NCBI GenBank assembly: GCA_965261735.1
Contig: OZ253470.1
Location: forward strand, 64,001-128,000
Length of the DNA stretch: 64,000 nt
Origin: Alphaproteobacteria bacterium
GTDB taxonomy: Bacteria > Pseudomonadota > Alphaproteobacteria > SHVV01
Direction of reading: 5' to 3'
The notes beneath the pieces were generated by a model. It did not search any database. It saw only the letters and a program-made list of their open reading frames with translations, and was not told where the DNA came from. Positions 27,476 through 38,106 of this stretch are shown here, piece by piece (position 1 is the stretch's first letter; the number at the start of each line of letters is the position of its first letter). The translations under genes were made by a program, and so were the position numbers.

Positions 27476-30403
27476 ATGAACAAATCCATCAGCATCCGTG
27501 GCGCCCGCGAGCACAATCTCAAGGGCATCGACATCGAGATTCCGCGCGATCGGCTGGTCGTGATCACCGGGCTCAGCGGTTCGGGCAAGTCGTCGTTGGC
27601 GTTCGACACGATCTACGCGGAGGGCCAACGCCGCTACGTCGAGAGCCTTTCGGCCTACGCGCGTCAGTTCCTCGAGCTCATGCAAAAGCCGGACGTTGAG
27701 TCGATCGAGGGGCTGTCGCCGGCCATTTCGATCGAGCAAAAGACGACCTCGAAGAACCCGCGCTCCACGGTCGGCACCGTTACCGAAATTTACGACTATT
27801 TGCGCCTCTTGTTCGCGCGGGTCGGCGTCCCCTACTCGCCCGCCACCGGCCTGCCGATCGAGAGTCAGACCGTGTCGCAAATGGTCGACATCCTGCTCGA
27901 CATGCCCGAGGGGCGGCGCCTCTATCTGATGGCGCCCGTGGTGCGCGGTCGCAAGGGCGAGTATCGCAAGGAACTGGCGGATCTGCTCAAGCGCGGTTTC
28001 CAGCGCGTCAAGGTGGATGGGGCGATCTACGACATCGAGGCGGTGCCTGCCCTCAATAAGAAGGTCAAACACGACATCGAGGTCGTGGTCGACCGCGTGG
28101 TGCTGCGCCCCGACTTGGCGACGCGGTTGGCCGACAGCCTCGAGACCGCGCTGGGCGTGAGTGACGGGCTCGCCATCGCCGAAGAGGCGGACGGCGGCGC
28201 GCGCACCCTGTTCTCGGCCAAATTCGCCTGTCCAGTTTCGGGATTCACGATCGAGGAAATCGAGCCCCGGCTGTTCTCGTTCAACAACCCCTATGGGGCA
28301 TGTCCCTCATGCGACGGCCTCGGCACCCGCATGTTCATCGATCCCGGCCTGGTCGTGCCCAACGACGCCCTGACTTTGCGCGAGGGCGCCATCGCTCCGT
28401 GGGCGCGCTCGACGTCGCCCTACTACACGCAGGCCCTCAATAGCCTCGCACATCACTACGGGATCAGCACCACCGAGCCCTTCCGCGACCTGCCGGAAAA
28501 GGTACGCCAAGTCATCCTGTTCGGGTCCGGCGACGAGCCCGTGCGCATGACCTACGACGACGGCAACCGCGTCTACACCACCGAGCGGCCCTATGAAGGG
28601 GTCGTGCCCAACCTCGAGCGGCGCTGGCGCGAAACGGAATCGGACTGGATTCGCGACGAGCTGGGGCGCTACCTCTCGAGCGCGCCATGCGAGGCCTGCG
28701 GCGGCTACCGCCTCAAGCCCGAGGCGCTCGCGGTCAAGATCGACGGGTTGCACGCCGCCCAGGTGGCCGAGATGTCGATCGTCCAAGCCGCCGAGTGGTG
28801 CACCGGCCTCGCCGGGCGGCTGTCGGCCAAGCGGCTCGAAATCGCCCGCCGAATCCTGAAGGAGCTCGACGCCCGCCTCGGTTTTCTCGTCAACGTTGGC
28901 CTCGACTACCTCACGCTGTCGCGCGGCGCGGCGACCCTTTCGGGCGGCGAGAGCCAGAGAATCCGCCTGGCTTCGCAGATCGGCTCCGGCCTCACCGGCG
29001 TGCTCTACGTGCTCGACGAGCCCTCCATCGGCCTGCACCAGCGCGACAACGCCCGGCTGCTGGAAACGCTGAAGGACCTCCGCGACCTCGGCAATTCGGT
29101 GCTCGTCGTGGAGCACGACGAGGAGGCGATCCTCGCGGCCGATCATGTCATCGACATGGGGCCAGGGGCCGGGGTCCATGGCGGCCACGTCGTCGCGCAG
29201 GGGCCGCCGCAGCGAATCATGCGCAGCCCCGAGAGCCTTACCGGGCAATACCTCTCCGGAACGCGGCAGGTTCCCGTGCCGGCTGGCCGCCGACAGGGGC
29301 ATGCGGGCAAGGAGTTGGCCATCGTCGGCGCCACCGCACACAATCTGCGCGGCGTCAGCGTGCGCATTCCGCTCGGAACCTTCACCTGCGTCACCGGCGT
29401 CTCGGGCGGCGGCAAATCGACGCTCATCGTTGAGACCCTCTACAAAGGCGTGGCACGGCGGCTCAACAACGCCCGCGCCCTTCCCGGCGCGCACGAGCGC
29501 ATCGACGGGATCGAGTATCTTGACAAGATCGTCGATATCGACCAGTCGCCGATCGGACGCACGCCGCGCTCGAACCCGGCGACCTACACCGGGGCATTCA
29601 CACCCATCCGCGACTGGTATGCCGCTTTACCCGAGGCGGTGGCGCGAGGCTATAAGCCGGGGCGATTCTCGTTCAACGTCAAGGGTGGCCGCTGCGAGGC
29701 CTGCCAGGGCGACGGCGTGATCAAGATCGAGATGCACTTCCTGCCCGACGTCTATGTCCAGTGCGACGTGTGCAAGGGCCGGAGATACAATCGCGAGACT
29801 CTGGAAATATCGTTTCGCGGCAAATCGATAGCCGATGTTCTTGAGATGACGGTGGACGAAGGCGCCGACTTTTTCGGTGCCGTGCCGGCGATCCGCGACA
29901 AGCTTCAGACGATGCAAAAGGTGGGGCTCGGCTACGTCGCTGTCGGCCAGGCGGCGACTACGCTTTCAGGCGGCGAGGCGCAGCGCATCAAGCTCTCCCG
30001 CGAACTGTCGCGGCGGGCAACAGGCCAGACGCTTTACATTCTCGATGAGCCGACCACCGGCCTTCATTTCGAGGACATCCGCCGCCTGCTCGACGTGCTG
30101 CATACGCTGGTCGAAGCCGGCAACACGGTGGTCGTCATCGAGCACAACCTCGAGATCATCAAAACGGCGGACTGGATTATCGACCTCGGTCCCGGCGGCG
30201 GTGATGCCGGCGGGCGCATCGTCGCCGCCGGGACGCCGGAGGAGGTCGCGGGGGTGGCGGAGAGCTACACTGGGTACTATGTGGGCCGGCACCTCGCCCG
30301 GGCGGCCGCCAAGACGCGCTCCAAGCGGACGCGGGCCAAAGCCGCTCCGACACAACGTCCGCGCGGGTCCGGCGACCGTACCCCTCGTCGCAAGTCGGCG
30401 TGA
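27476..30403 (+). CDS. uvrA: Excinuclease ABC subunit A
   Basis: [22 protein letters not shown], two ABC modules, zinc fingers. Divergent from ssb. Confidence 0.98.
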   Translation: MNKSISIRGAREHNLKGIDIEIPRDRLVVITGLSGSGKSSLAFDTIYAEGQRRYVESLSAYARQFLELMQKPDVESIEGLSPAISIEQKTTSKNPRSTVGTVTEIYDYLRLLFARVGVPYSPATGLPIESQTVSQMVDILLDMPEGRRLYLMAPVVRGRKGEYRKELADLLKRGFQRVKVDGAIYDIEAVPALNKKVKHDIEVVVDRVVLRPDLATRLADSLETALGVSDGLAIAEEADGGARTLFSAKFACPVSGFTIEEIEPRLFSFNNPYGACPSCDGLGTRMFIDPGLVVPNDALTLREGAIAPWARSTSPYYTQALNSLAHHYGISTTEPFRDLPEKVRQVILFGSGDEPVRMTYDDGNRVYTTERPYEGVVPNLERRWRETESDWIRDELGRYLSSAPCEACGGYRLKPEALAVKIDGLHAAQVAEMSIVQAAEWCTGLAGRLSAKRLEIARRILKELDARLGFLVNVGLDYLTLSRGAATLSGGESQRIRLASQIGSGLTGVLYVLDEPSIGLHQRDNARLLETLKDLRDLGNSVLVVEHDEEAILAADHVIDMGPGAGVHGGHVVAQGPPQRIMRSPESLTGQYLSGTRQVPVPAGRRQGHAGKELAIVGATAHNLRGVSVRIPLGTFTCVTGVSGGGKSTLIVETLYKGVARRLNNARALPGAHERIDGIEYLDKIVDIDQSPIGRTPRSNPATYTGAFTPIRDWYAALPEAVARGYKPGRFSFNVKGGRCEACQGDGVIKIEMHFLPDVYVQCDVCKGRRYNRETLEISFRGKSIADVLEMTVDEGADFFGAVPAIRDKLQTMQKVGLGYVAVGQAATTLSGGEAQRIKLSRELSRRATGQTLYILDEPTTGLHFEDIRRLLDVLHTLVEAGNTVVVIEHNLEIIKTADWIIDLGPGGGDAGGRIVAAGTPEEVAGVAESYTGYYVGRHLARAAAKTRSKRTRAKAAPTQRPRGSGDRTPRRKSA

Positions 30404-30461
30404 GCGGGCTAACGAAAAAGTATGTCCGCCGCCACGACCACCTGACAATATGACGGCAAGG

Positions 30462-31334
30462 CTAGTAGCGGCCCCTCTTCGAGGAGAGTGTGAGCGCGGC
30501 GACGCGTCGCGCCACGCTGAGGGCGGTGCGCCGGTAGGGGTTGTGGCCGCCGCGGGCGAGCCGCGCTTGATAGAGCGTGCACAACACCGCCGGCAGCAGC
30601 GCGGGAAGCGCGGCTCGAGGAACCTCGGCGCGCAAGGCGCGGGCCTCGACGAGGTGGTGCGCCGCGGCCTCGAGCATCACCGCCATCGCCTTGCCGAGCG
30701 CGGGGGTGTAGCGCCCCGCGAAGACCTCCCCCTCCGAGAGCCCGCATGCGGCCATCGTTTCACTCGGCACGTAGAGGCGGCGCTGGGCGGCATGGAAGGG
30801 TACGGCGCGCACCAGCCCCGTCAGCGCCCAGGCGATGCCGACGTGGCGGGCCGCGCTCGCGGCAGCGTCGTTCGAGACACCGAGTGCTTCGAGCTCAAGT
30901 TCGGCGAGCGCCCCCGACGTCGCTTCGGCGTATGATTCCAGCGCGATCAGCGTCGCTGGTGCCGCGCTGTCGAGGTCGGCCTCGCGGGCCTCGATCAGCC
31001 GATCGACGAGGGCTCGGGTCAGGCCATGGGCGACAACCGCCTCGGCGAGCGCGAGCGCCACTGGATGCGCGGGCGGCGCACCGGCGAACACCTGTCCCAC
31101 CGCATCGCGCCAAAACTGCAATCGGATGTCACCGAGTGCCGGCTCGCTCACGCTCTCGCGGATGCGCGCAATCTCCTGATTGAAGGCGAGCAGCGCCATG
31201 AGCGCGTGGCGCGCCGGCTGCGGCGCGAACAACGCCGCGAGGTAGCGGTCGTGATCGTGGCGGCGCGCCTCGCCCCTGCAATACTCATGGGCGTCGTGCG
31301 CGGCGGGCCCGGCAGATGCGGCGGCCTCGCTCAC
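30462..31334 (-). CDS. Squalene/phytoene synthase family protein lacking DDxxD (NDUFAF6-like alphaproteobacterial type)
   Basis: DHDRYLAALFAP, AFNQEIARIRESVSEP..G.IRLQFWRD. GTG overlaps the upstream TGA. Confidence 0.82.
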   Translation of the reverse strand: MSEAAASAGPAAHDAHEYCRGEARRHDHDRYLAALFAPQPARHALMALLAFNQEIARIRESVSEPALGDIRLQFWRDAVGQVFAGAPPAHPVALALAEAVVAHGLTRALVDRLIEAREADLDSAAPATLIALESYAEATSGALAELELEALGVSNDAAASAARHVGIAWALTGLVRAVPFHAAQRRLYVPSETMAACGLSEGEVFAGRYTPALGKAMAVMLEAAAHHLVEARALRAEVPRAALPALLPAVLCTLYQARLARGGHNPYRRTALSVARRVAALTLSSKRGRY

Positions 31335-32265
31335 GCCGGCAGTCGGCCTTCGAGGACGGCGCGATAGTCTCGGGCGACAAGCGCATAGGTCGCGTGGTAG
31401 CGCCGGTAGAGGGCATCCAGGGCGATCTGTTCCCGGGCGCCGAGCCAGGGCGCGAGGTCGACGAGCAGACGCTCGGCGGCCGGCATGAGCCGCCCCGCGC
31501 GAGCCCCCAGATCCTCGATCAAGGGCGCGATCGCGGTGAGGTCGTGGCGCGCCACCGCGCGCCGGAGCCGGCCCTTGTCGAGGCCGGCCGCGCTCAGGGC
31601 TTGGCGCGGGATGGTTATCAGCTGGGCCGGCTTGCGCGTGTCGGCGGGCAGGTCCCTGAGGATGTGGACGAGGTAACAGAAGTGCGCCATGTCGGCGACG
31701 TGACGCAGCGCGGCGGCAGGCGCATCGAACTCGGTGGTAGCACCGCCGGTAACGCGGCACGCGAGGATGTAGACGAAGACCCTGGCCGGGGCTACGGCCG
31801 CGCCGCGGCAATAGGCGTCGAAGTCGTCCCAGCCACGTAAGCCGCGCTCGCTTACGTCGCTGCGCATCGATCCCGCCAGATCGCGCCAGGGTCCCGGGCC
31901 GATCTCGCTCGCCCCCGCATAGCGATTGAGCGCCGCGAACACGCGCCCCTCGAAGGAATCGGGGCCGGCGCGAAAGCGGCCTGCGGCTGCGGCCGTTGCC
32001 TGATCGAGCCAGCGCTCGACGAGGCCGGCCATGGCGGGCCGCGCCGTTCGCCGCCGCGTCCCTGGGAGCGCGAAGTGGTGGTTGTCGACGGCATCATCGA
32101 TCGCCCGCATCGCCGCGTAGCAGGAAAGGAACAGCGCCTGTTTCACCCCGGGTCGCCGAGGCCGCGGGCTACGACACCCAGGTGGCTCGTGCGGGCGGTG
32201 GCGATGCGCTCGCAATGCGCGAGGGCGCCACTGTCTCCCTCGGTGCCCAGCGGGCTCGCTATCAC
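31331..32265 (-). pseudogene. Squalene/phytoene synthase (HpnC/HpnD/CrtB-like) gene, frameshifted near its 5' end
   Basis: YAAMRAIDDAVD, YCRGAA and HILRDLPAD lie in the 3' frame. The 5' frame from GTG 32265 (ALAHCERIATAR...) stops at a G4 run (32146-32149); one extra G joins the two frames. Confidence 0.65.
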
Positions 32266-32327
32266 CGCGATTTGTCAGCTCCCTAAAGCGGGCACCGGGG
32301 CCATATTGGCCGTCCCAGGGTAAATTA

Positions 32328-32355
32328 TTGCCGCGACTGCGTTAATCGGTATAAT
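32328..32355 (+). promoter_or_regulatory. Sigma70-type promoter
   Basis: TTGCCG-16 bp-TATAAT in an AT-rich intergenic region upstream of the small ORF and membrane-protein gene. Confidence 0.6.
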
Positions 32356-32402
32356 TCCCCGATATCGGTCGCTCGCACCAAGACATGGGGGGGTAAAAAG
32401 TC

Positions 32403-32507
32403 ATGAAGAACCCGCTTGAGTCGCTCCCAAGCACGATCATCATGGGGCTGATTCTCACCGTCATCATGGTCATCGTCGTTCAATGGATCGGAGCTCCCGC
32501 GACATAG
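32403..32507 (+). CDS. 34-aa single-TM small protein MKNPLESLPSTIIMGLILTVIMVIVVQWIGAPAT
   Basis: ATG...TAG, GC3-biased codons, one clean hydrophobic helix. In frame with the next gene. Absent from the ORF track. Confidence 0.65.
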   Translation: MKNPLESLPSTIIMGLILTVIMVIVVQWIGAPAT

Positions 32508-32531
32508 CGCCGGCAGCGAGGGAGAAAGACA

Positions 32532-33041
32532 ATGGAATTCATCGATTATAGCTGGTGGACCTTTTTGGTGCGCTGGCTGCACGTGCTGAGCGGCGTCATG
32601 TGGATTGGCCTGCTGTGGTACTTCAATTTCGTGCAGATCCCGTCGATGCCGAAGATCCCCGACGAGCAGAAGCCGGCGATCGGCAAAGTTATCGCGCCCG
32701 CCGCCCTGTTCTGGTTCCGGTGGGCCGCGATGTCGACGATTGGGTTCGGCATCCTGCTGGCTCTACTCAACGAGTACTTCATCGACGCCGTGATCATCGG
32801 CCTCGGCAGCGGCGATCCCAAGCATGTCTCCATCGGTATCGGCATGTGGCTAGGCACGATCATGTGGGCCAACGTGTGGTTCGTAATCTGGCCCAATCAG
32901 CAAAAGGCCCTCGGCCTGGTCGAAGTCCCGGCGGAGGAGAAGCCCAAGGCGGCACGGATGGCGATGCTCGGCTCGCGCACCAACACGATGCTGTCGATCC
33001 CCATGCTGTATGCCATGGTGTCGGCCCAGAACATCTACTGA
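32532..33041 (+). CDS. Membrane protein, urate hydroxylase PuuD N-terminal (Urate_ox_N)-like family
   Basis: RWLHVLSGVMWIGLLWYFNFVQ, ALFWFRWAA, NVWFVIWPNQ, SRTNTMLSIPML. No cytochrome c domain. Confidence 0.8.
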   Translation: MEFIDYSWWTFLVRWLHVLSGVMWIGLLWYFNFVQIPSMPKIPDEQKPAIGKVIAPAALFWFRWAAMSTIGFGILLALLNEYFIDAVIIGLGSGDPKHVSIGIGMWLGTIMWANVWFVIWPNQQKALGLVEVPAEEKPKAARMAMLGSRTNTMLSIPMLYAMVSAQNIY

Positions 33042-33061
33042 GGCTGGCTTGCGCAACATCT

Positions 33062-33092
33062 GGCGGGGGCCTTCGGGCCCCCGTCTTTTTTT
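33062..33092 (+). terminator. Rho-independent terminator
   Basis: GGCGGGGGCC-TTCG-GGCCCCCGTC stem-loop followed by T7. Confidence 0.9.
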
Positions 33093-33106
33093 GTGCGCCG
33101 CGGCAG

Positions 33107-34054
33107 TTAGGCGGGTTGTGTTCCGGGCTCGGTGTCCTCGGCCCGAACGGCCGGGCGCAGCTTGAAGTAAGTGAGGATGGGGGCCGCGATGAACACCGAC
33201 GAGTAGGTGCCGATAATGACGCCCCAGATCATCGCCAATGTGAAGCCGGCGATAACTTCGCCCCCGAAGAGATAAAGGGCCGCGAGCGCGAGCAGCGTGG
33301 TCGTCGATGTCATGGTCGTGCGCGACAACGTATCGTTGACGCTGACGTCGAGCAGCTCGACGAGCGGCATGGCCTTGTATTTGCGGAGGTTTTCGCGCAC
33401 GCGGTCGTACACGACCACCGTATCGTTCATCGAGTAGCCGATGATGGCGAGGACGGCGGCGATAATCGAGAGATTGAACTCGAGCCGCACCACCGCGAAC
33501 AAGCCGATGGTCAGGAGGACATCGTGGATCAGGGCGACCACCGAGCCCAGGGCGAATTGCCACTCGAAGCGAAACCAGATGTAGATGAGCATCGCGATCA
33601 ACGCGAGCGCGAGCGCGGTCGCCCCCGCCGTTACCAGTTCGCGGCTCACCTGGGGGCCGACGAACTCGACGCGGCGGTACTCGATCCCGGCGCCGATATC
33701 GCGCGCCAACGCCTCCTTGACGACGTCAATGGCCTTCTGCTGCGCCGTCGCATCGCCTGGCTGGCGCTCGATACGAATCAACACGTCGTTGGGTGCGCCG
33801 AACTCCTGCAGCGCCACCTCTCCGAGGCCGAGGCTCGACAACGAAGCCCGCACGGCGGCCGTATCGGCCGACGGTGGGGTCCTCGCCTCGATCATGATGC
33901 CGCCGCGGAAATCAATCCCGTAGTTGAGGCCAACGGCGAGGAAGATGACGACGGAGGCGACGGCGAGGGCGGACGATGTGACGAGCGCGGCGAAGCGCCA
34001 GCGCATGAAGGGCACGCTGGTCTTCTCGGCAACGAGCCTCAGCTTGAACATCAC
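33107..34054 (-). CDS. secF: Protein translocase subunit SecF
   Basis: GLNYGIDFRGG, VGPQVS, GYSMNDTVVVYDRVREN. Confidence 0.97.
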   Translation of the reverse strand: MMFKLRLVAEKTSVPFMRWRFAALVTSSALAVASVVIFLAVGLNYGIDFRGGIMIEARTPPSADTAAVRASLSSLGLGEVALQEFGAPNDVLIRIERQPGDATAQQKAIDVVKEALARDIGAGIEYRRVEFVGPQVSRELVTAGATALALALIAMLIYIWFRFEWQFALGSVVALIHDVLLTIGLFAVVRLEFNLSIIAAVLAIIGYSMNDTVVVYDRVRENLRKYKAMPLVELLDVSVNDTLSRTTMTSTTTLLALAALYLFGGEVIAGFTLAMIWGVIIGTYSSVFIAAPILTYFKLRPAVRAEDTEPGTQPA

Positions 34055-34060
34055 CCCACC

Positions 34061-35680
34061 CTAAATCGGTAGCACCGCCGGGCGCGTCCGGCGCAACCAT
34101 TGCACGAGCAGCAATCGGGTCAGCAGCACCGCCGTGAACACCGAGGTGAGAATGCCGATGCTGAGCGTCACGCCAAACCCCTTGACCGGCCCCGAGCCCA
34201 TGAAGAACAGGATGAATGCGGCGATGAACGTTGTGATGTTCGCGTCCATGATGGTTCGGAAGGCCTGGCGGTAGCCCGCCTCCATGGCTGCGAACGGCGT
34301 CTTGCCGGTGCGCATTTCCTCGCGGATGCGCTCGAACACGAGGACGTTCGCATCCACCGCCATGCCGATGGTGAGCACGATGCCGGCAATCCCCGGGAGC
34401 GTCAGCGTTGCCTGCAGCACCGACAGGGCGCCACCGATGATCACCACGTTGACGAGGAGGGCGACGTCGGCGGCGAGCCCGAATAGCCCGTAGGCCAGCA
34501 CCATGAACACCATGACGAGGACAAAACCGACAATCCCCGCGACCTTGCCGGCAGCGACGGAATCGGCACCCAAACCCGGGCCGACCGTGCGCTCCTCGAG
34601 GATCTTGAGCGGTGCCGGCAGCGCGCCGGCGCGCAGCAGGACCGAGAGATCGTTGGCCTCCTGCGGCGAAAATCGGCCGCTAATCTGGCCCGAGCCACCC
34701 AGGATAGGCTCGCGGATCACCGGCGCACTGATGACTTTCCCGTCGAGCACGATGGCGAAGGGTCGACCGACGTTGTTGCGCGTGACTTCGCCGAAGCGTT
34801 TGGCGCCCACGGAATCAAAGCGGAAGGAGACGACCGGTTGGCCGGTCCGCGAATCGAAGGTCGGTTGGGCGTCGACGAGCCGGTCGCCCGAGACCAGGAC
34901 GCGCTTGCGCACGACGTATTGGATCGGCTGCCCGGCGGAATCGATCTCGGATTCATCATCGAGGAGCTCCGAGCCCGGCGACAGGCGCCCCGCGCGAGCG
35001 TCGGCCACCGAGGCGTTGGCGTCGACCATGCGGAACACCATCTTTGCGGTCCGCCCGAGCAGGCGTTTGATGCGGTCGGGGTCGTCGATGCCCGGGAGCT
35101 GCACCAGGATTCGGTCCGCGCCCTGGCGCTGAATCGTTGGCTCGCGCACACCGGTTTCGTCGATGCGCCGGCGCACGATCTCGATCGATTGGGTGACTGC
35201 CGAATCGATCCAGACCTTGATCGCCTCATCGGTGACGTTGAGCGCGATGGCGCCGTCGGACTGCGTATCGACCTCGATATCGCGGCCGCCCACGCCGAAC
35301 ACGCCGCTACTCACGGGCGCCGCCAAGGCGCGCAGCAGATCGCGCGCACGATCGATGTCGCCCGGATCGCGTAGCCGCAACGTCACGGCGCGGCCCCTGG
35401 TGCCGAGGCCGGTATATCCGATACGCGCACCCCTGAGCTCGGCGCGGGTCGAATCGACGAACGACTGGAGCCGTTCCCCGATCAACGCGTTGACGTCGAC
35501 CTCGAGGAGCAGGTGCGAGCCGCCCTGGAGGTCGAGTCCGAGGCTGATCTGCTTGTGGGGCAGCCACGTGGGTAAGCTCGCGGCCTGACGGGAACCGAGG
35601 AAATTAGGAGCGACGAAGGCCAACCCCACGGCGCACACAGCGACGACGAGAATGATCTTCCAGTTGGCGAAATACAGCAT
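34061..35680 (-). CDS. secD: Protein translocase subunit SecD
   Basis: LGLDLQGG, RRRIDETGV.EP, GMAVDANVLVFERIREE. Confidence 0.97.
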   Translation of the reverse strand: MLYFANWKIILVVAVCAVGLAFVAPNFLGSRQAASLPTWLPHKQISLGLDLQGGSHLLLEVDVNALIGERLQSFVDSTRAELRGARIGYTGLGTRGRAVTLRLRDPGDIDRARDLLRALAAPVSSGVFGVGGRDIEVDTQSDGAIALNVTDEAIKVWIDSAVTQSIEIVRRRIDETGVREPTIQRQGADRILVQLPGIDDPDRIKRLLGRTAKMVFRMVDANASVADARAGRLSPGSELLDDESEIDSAGQPIQYVVRKRVLVSGDRLVDAQPTFDSRTGQPVVSFRFDSVGAKRFGEVTRNNVGRPFAIVLDGKVISAPVIREPILGGSGQISGRFSPQEANDLSVLLRAGALPAPLKILEERTVGPGLGADSVAAGKVAGIVGFVLVMVFMVLAYGLFGLAADVALLVNVVIIGGALSVLQATLTLPGIAGIVLTIGMAVDANVLVFERIREEMRTGKTPFAAMEAGYRQAFRTIMDANITTFIAAFILFFMGSGPVKGFGVTLSIGILTSVFTAVLLTRLLLVQWLRRTRPAVLPI

Positions 35681-35735
35681 GGCCGCGGGTCAGGCCGCTG
35701 TGGCGGCGTCCTATCGAGTGCCGGCCCGACGCGCT

Positions 35736-36119
35736 CTAGGCGCTGTCGCGCTTCTTGTCATCTTCCTTGCGCCGCGCACCACGATCCTTCTTCTCCGGAT
35801 CGCTGACGGGTTCGGGCTTGGCGACGACGCTGGCGATGGTCGCGCTGGCGACCTGGACGCGGACGTTCTCGGCGATTTCGACCATCACGCGCCCGCCATC
35901 CAGTACCTTGGTCACGCGCCCCATGAGACCACCGCCGGTAACCACCTTGTCGCCGCGGTGAAGGCTCGAGATCATCGACTCGTGGGCCTTGCGCTTCTGC
36001 TGCTGCGGTCGAAACAGCAGGAAGTAGAACACCACCACGATAAGAACCAACGGCAGGATCTGGACGAAATCAAACCCGGCACCGCCGGCGGCCTGGGCAA
36101 AGGCCGGGGAAATAAACAT
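35736..36119 (-). CDS. yajC: Preprotein translocase subunit YajC
   Basis: MFISPAFAQ, FYFLLFRPQQ, GDKVVTGGG. Confidence 0.95.
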   Translation of the reverse strand: MFISPAFAQAAGGAGFDFVQILPLVLIVVVFYFLLFRPQQQKRKAHESMISSLHRGDKVVTGGGLMGRVTKVLDGGRVMVEIAENVRVQVASATIASVVAKPEPVSDPEKKDRGARRKEDDKKRDSA

Positions 36120-36308
36120 CGGTCGCTCCTCGCGCTCCAGTGCCGGAATTCGCCGGACTATAGCGGCAGCCCTTTCGATTGCAAACAAGTAGCGCCGGCC
36201 TTGCGCGCCGCCTGCGCCTCGCACCGGTTGACCGGCACCCGCTTTGTGCTAGGGTCCGCCGGCGCGCCCCGCTCGGGCCGTCAACCAGGCGTTTTAAGCC
36301 GTTTGACC

Positions 36309-37172
36309 GTGTCACAATCCGACTTGCAGCCTGTGCTGGAGCGCATCGCCAGGGCGCTGGAGCAACTCAGAACGCCGCCGCCCTCGCCGCAGGCCACGCT
36401 GGCCGGCGAGGCGTTCGTATGGGATGCCGAATCGAGCGGGTTCGAGGCGGTCGAACAGGTCAGCCACGTCGCGCTCGATCTTCTCATCGGCATCGACCAT
36501 GTGCGCGACATCCTGCTCACGAATACGCGCCGCTTTGCCGCTGGGCTGCCAGCCAACAACGCGCTTCTGTGGGGCGCGCGGGGCATGGGCAAGAGCTCTC
36601 TGGTCAAGGCCGTGCACGGCGCCGTCAACGAGCGAGCCTCGGCGCCCCTGGCCCTGATCGAGATTCACCGCGAGGACGTGGATTCGCTCCCGCGCCTGCT
36701 CAAGCTGCTGCGGACGAGCGAGCGACAATGTCTGTTGTTCTGCGACGACCTCTCGTTCGGTGGGCAGGATACGAGCTACAAGTCCCTCAAGGCGGTGCTC
36801 GAAGGCGGTATCGAGGGGCGCCCCGCCAACACCATCTTCTACGCCACGTCGAACCGTCGCCATCTCATGCCCCGCGACATGATCGAGAACGAGCGCTCGA
36901 CGGCCATTAACCCGTCCGAGTCGGTCGACGAGAAGGTCTCGCTATCGGACCGGTTCGGGCTGTGGCTCGGCTTTCACGCGTGCAGCCAGGATGACTATTT
37001 GGCGATCGTCGCTTCCTACGCGGCGCATCTTGGCCTCGAGATCGCGCCCGACGCCCTGCGCGCCCAGGCGATCGAGTGGTCGCAGACCCGTGGCGCGCGC
37101 TCCGGCCGCGTCGGCTGGCAGTTCATCCAGGACTTGGCCGGCCGCCTGGGTGTAGCCATGGACGCGGGCTGA
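36309..37172 (+). CDS. DUF815-family AAA+ ATPase
   Basis: ANNALLWGARGMGKSS, FCDDLSF, YATSNRRHL, SLSDRFGL. Confidence 0.88.
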   Translation: MSQSDLQPVLERIARALEQLRTPPPSPQATLAGEAFVWDAESSGFEAVEQVSHVALDLLIGIDHVRDILLTNTRRFAAGLPANNALLWGARGMGKSSLVKAVHGAVNERASAPLALIEIHREDVDSLPRLLKLLRTSERQCLLFCDDLSFGGQDTSYKSLKAVLEGGIEGRPANTIFYATSNRRHLMPRDMIENERSTAINPSESVDEKVSLSDRFGLWLGFHACSQDDYLAIVASYAAHLGLEIAPDALRAQAIEWSQTRGARSGRVGWQFIQDLAGRLGVAMDAG

Positions 37173-38106
37173 GGCGCGAGGTACGCCGCGGCAGGTACGA
37201 GAGCGGATCGACCACTTCGGTCCCTTTGCGTATCTCGAAATGGAGCTGCGGCGCGCCCACGCTGCCGCTGGCGCCGGCGTGGGCGATGGCCTCTCCTTGG
37301 CGCACCCTCTGGCCGCGCGCGACCAGTAGCCTGTCGTTGTGCGCGTAGGCGGTCATCCAGCCGCCGTCGTGGCGCACCAGCAAGAGGTGGCCAAAGCCGC
37401 GCAACTCGTTGCCCGCGTAAACCACGACGCCCGTGCGAGCGACCCGGACCGGCATCCCCCGCGCTACCGCGATATTGATGCCGTCATTGTGCAGTCCACC
37501 GGGCTTGGGCCCGAACTCCGACAGGATGCGACCATCGACCGGCCACGAGAATTCGGCTGCGGCGCGGGGCACGCTAGGGGTCGCGGGCGGGGCGCGTGCG
37601 ATTTGTGCACTCGGCGCGGGCGGCCCGGGCGGCGCACGAGGGGCCGGCACCCGGGCCGCGCTGACGCCGGGCAGGCGGAGGCGCTGCCCTATGGTGATCG
37701 TGTGCGGTGGCTTGAGGCCGTTGGCGCGGACCAGGCTGAACATGTCGAGACCGTAGCGTCGCGAAATGGCGTAGACGGTGTCACCCGCCGCGACGGTGTG
37801 GAATCGGGACCGCGGAACGCGCAGGGTACGGCCGACCGCCAGGACATAAGGCGGCGTCAGGCCGTTGGCCTTGATCAGCCCGCGTACCGAGGTGTTGGCG
37901 CGCCCGGCAACACTGTAGAGCGTATCGCCGCGGGCCACGACGATGCCCACCTCCTCCGCTGTAGATGCAGATTTGGGAGGCGGAGCCAGGCCCTTGAGCA
38001 CCACGGGAGCGGGCGCGCTACGCGCGCAGCCCGCGAGCATCGCTACGGCGACGATGGCCGAAGCGACCGCGAGCCGGCCGCCGGGCCCGCTAGTCCCGCA
38101 CCACAC
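37123..38106 (-). CDS. nlpD: LysM/M23 lipoprotein, NlpD-like (start approximate)
   Basis: Lipobox LAGC, two LysM repeats, HNDGINI, YAHN, PQLHFEIR. Follows surE-pcm. Confidence 0.85.
   Translation of the reverse strand: MWCGTSGPGGRLAVASAIVAVAMLAGCARSAPAPVVLKGLAPPPKSASTAEEVGIVVARGDTLYSVAGRANTSVRGLIKANGLTPPYVLAVGRTLRVPRSRFHTVAAGDTVYAISRRYGLDMFSLVRANGLKPPHTITIGQRLRLPGVSAARVPAPRAPPGPPAPSAQIARAPPATPSVPRAAAEFSWPVDGRILSEFGPKPGGLHNDGINIAVARGMPVRVARTGVVVYAGNELRGFGHLLLVRHDGGWMTAYAHNDRLLVARGQRVRQGEAIAHAGASGSVGAPQLHFEIRKGTEVVDPLSYLPRRTSRLSPRPWLHPGGRPSPG

Noticed and set aside
35652-36308. Long N-terminal extension of the DUF815 ATPase
   Set aside because: It overlaps yajC on the opposite strand; the likely start is GTG 36309.
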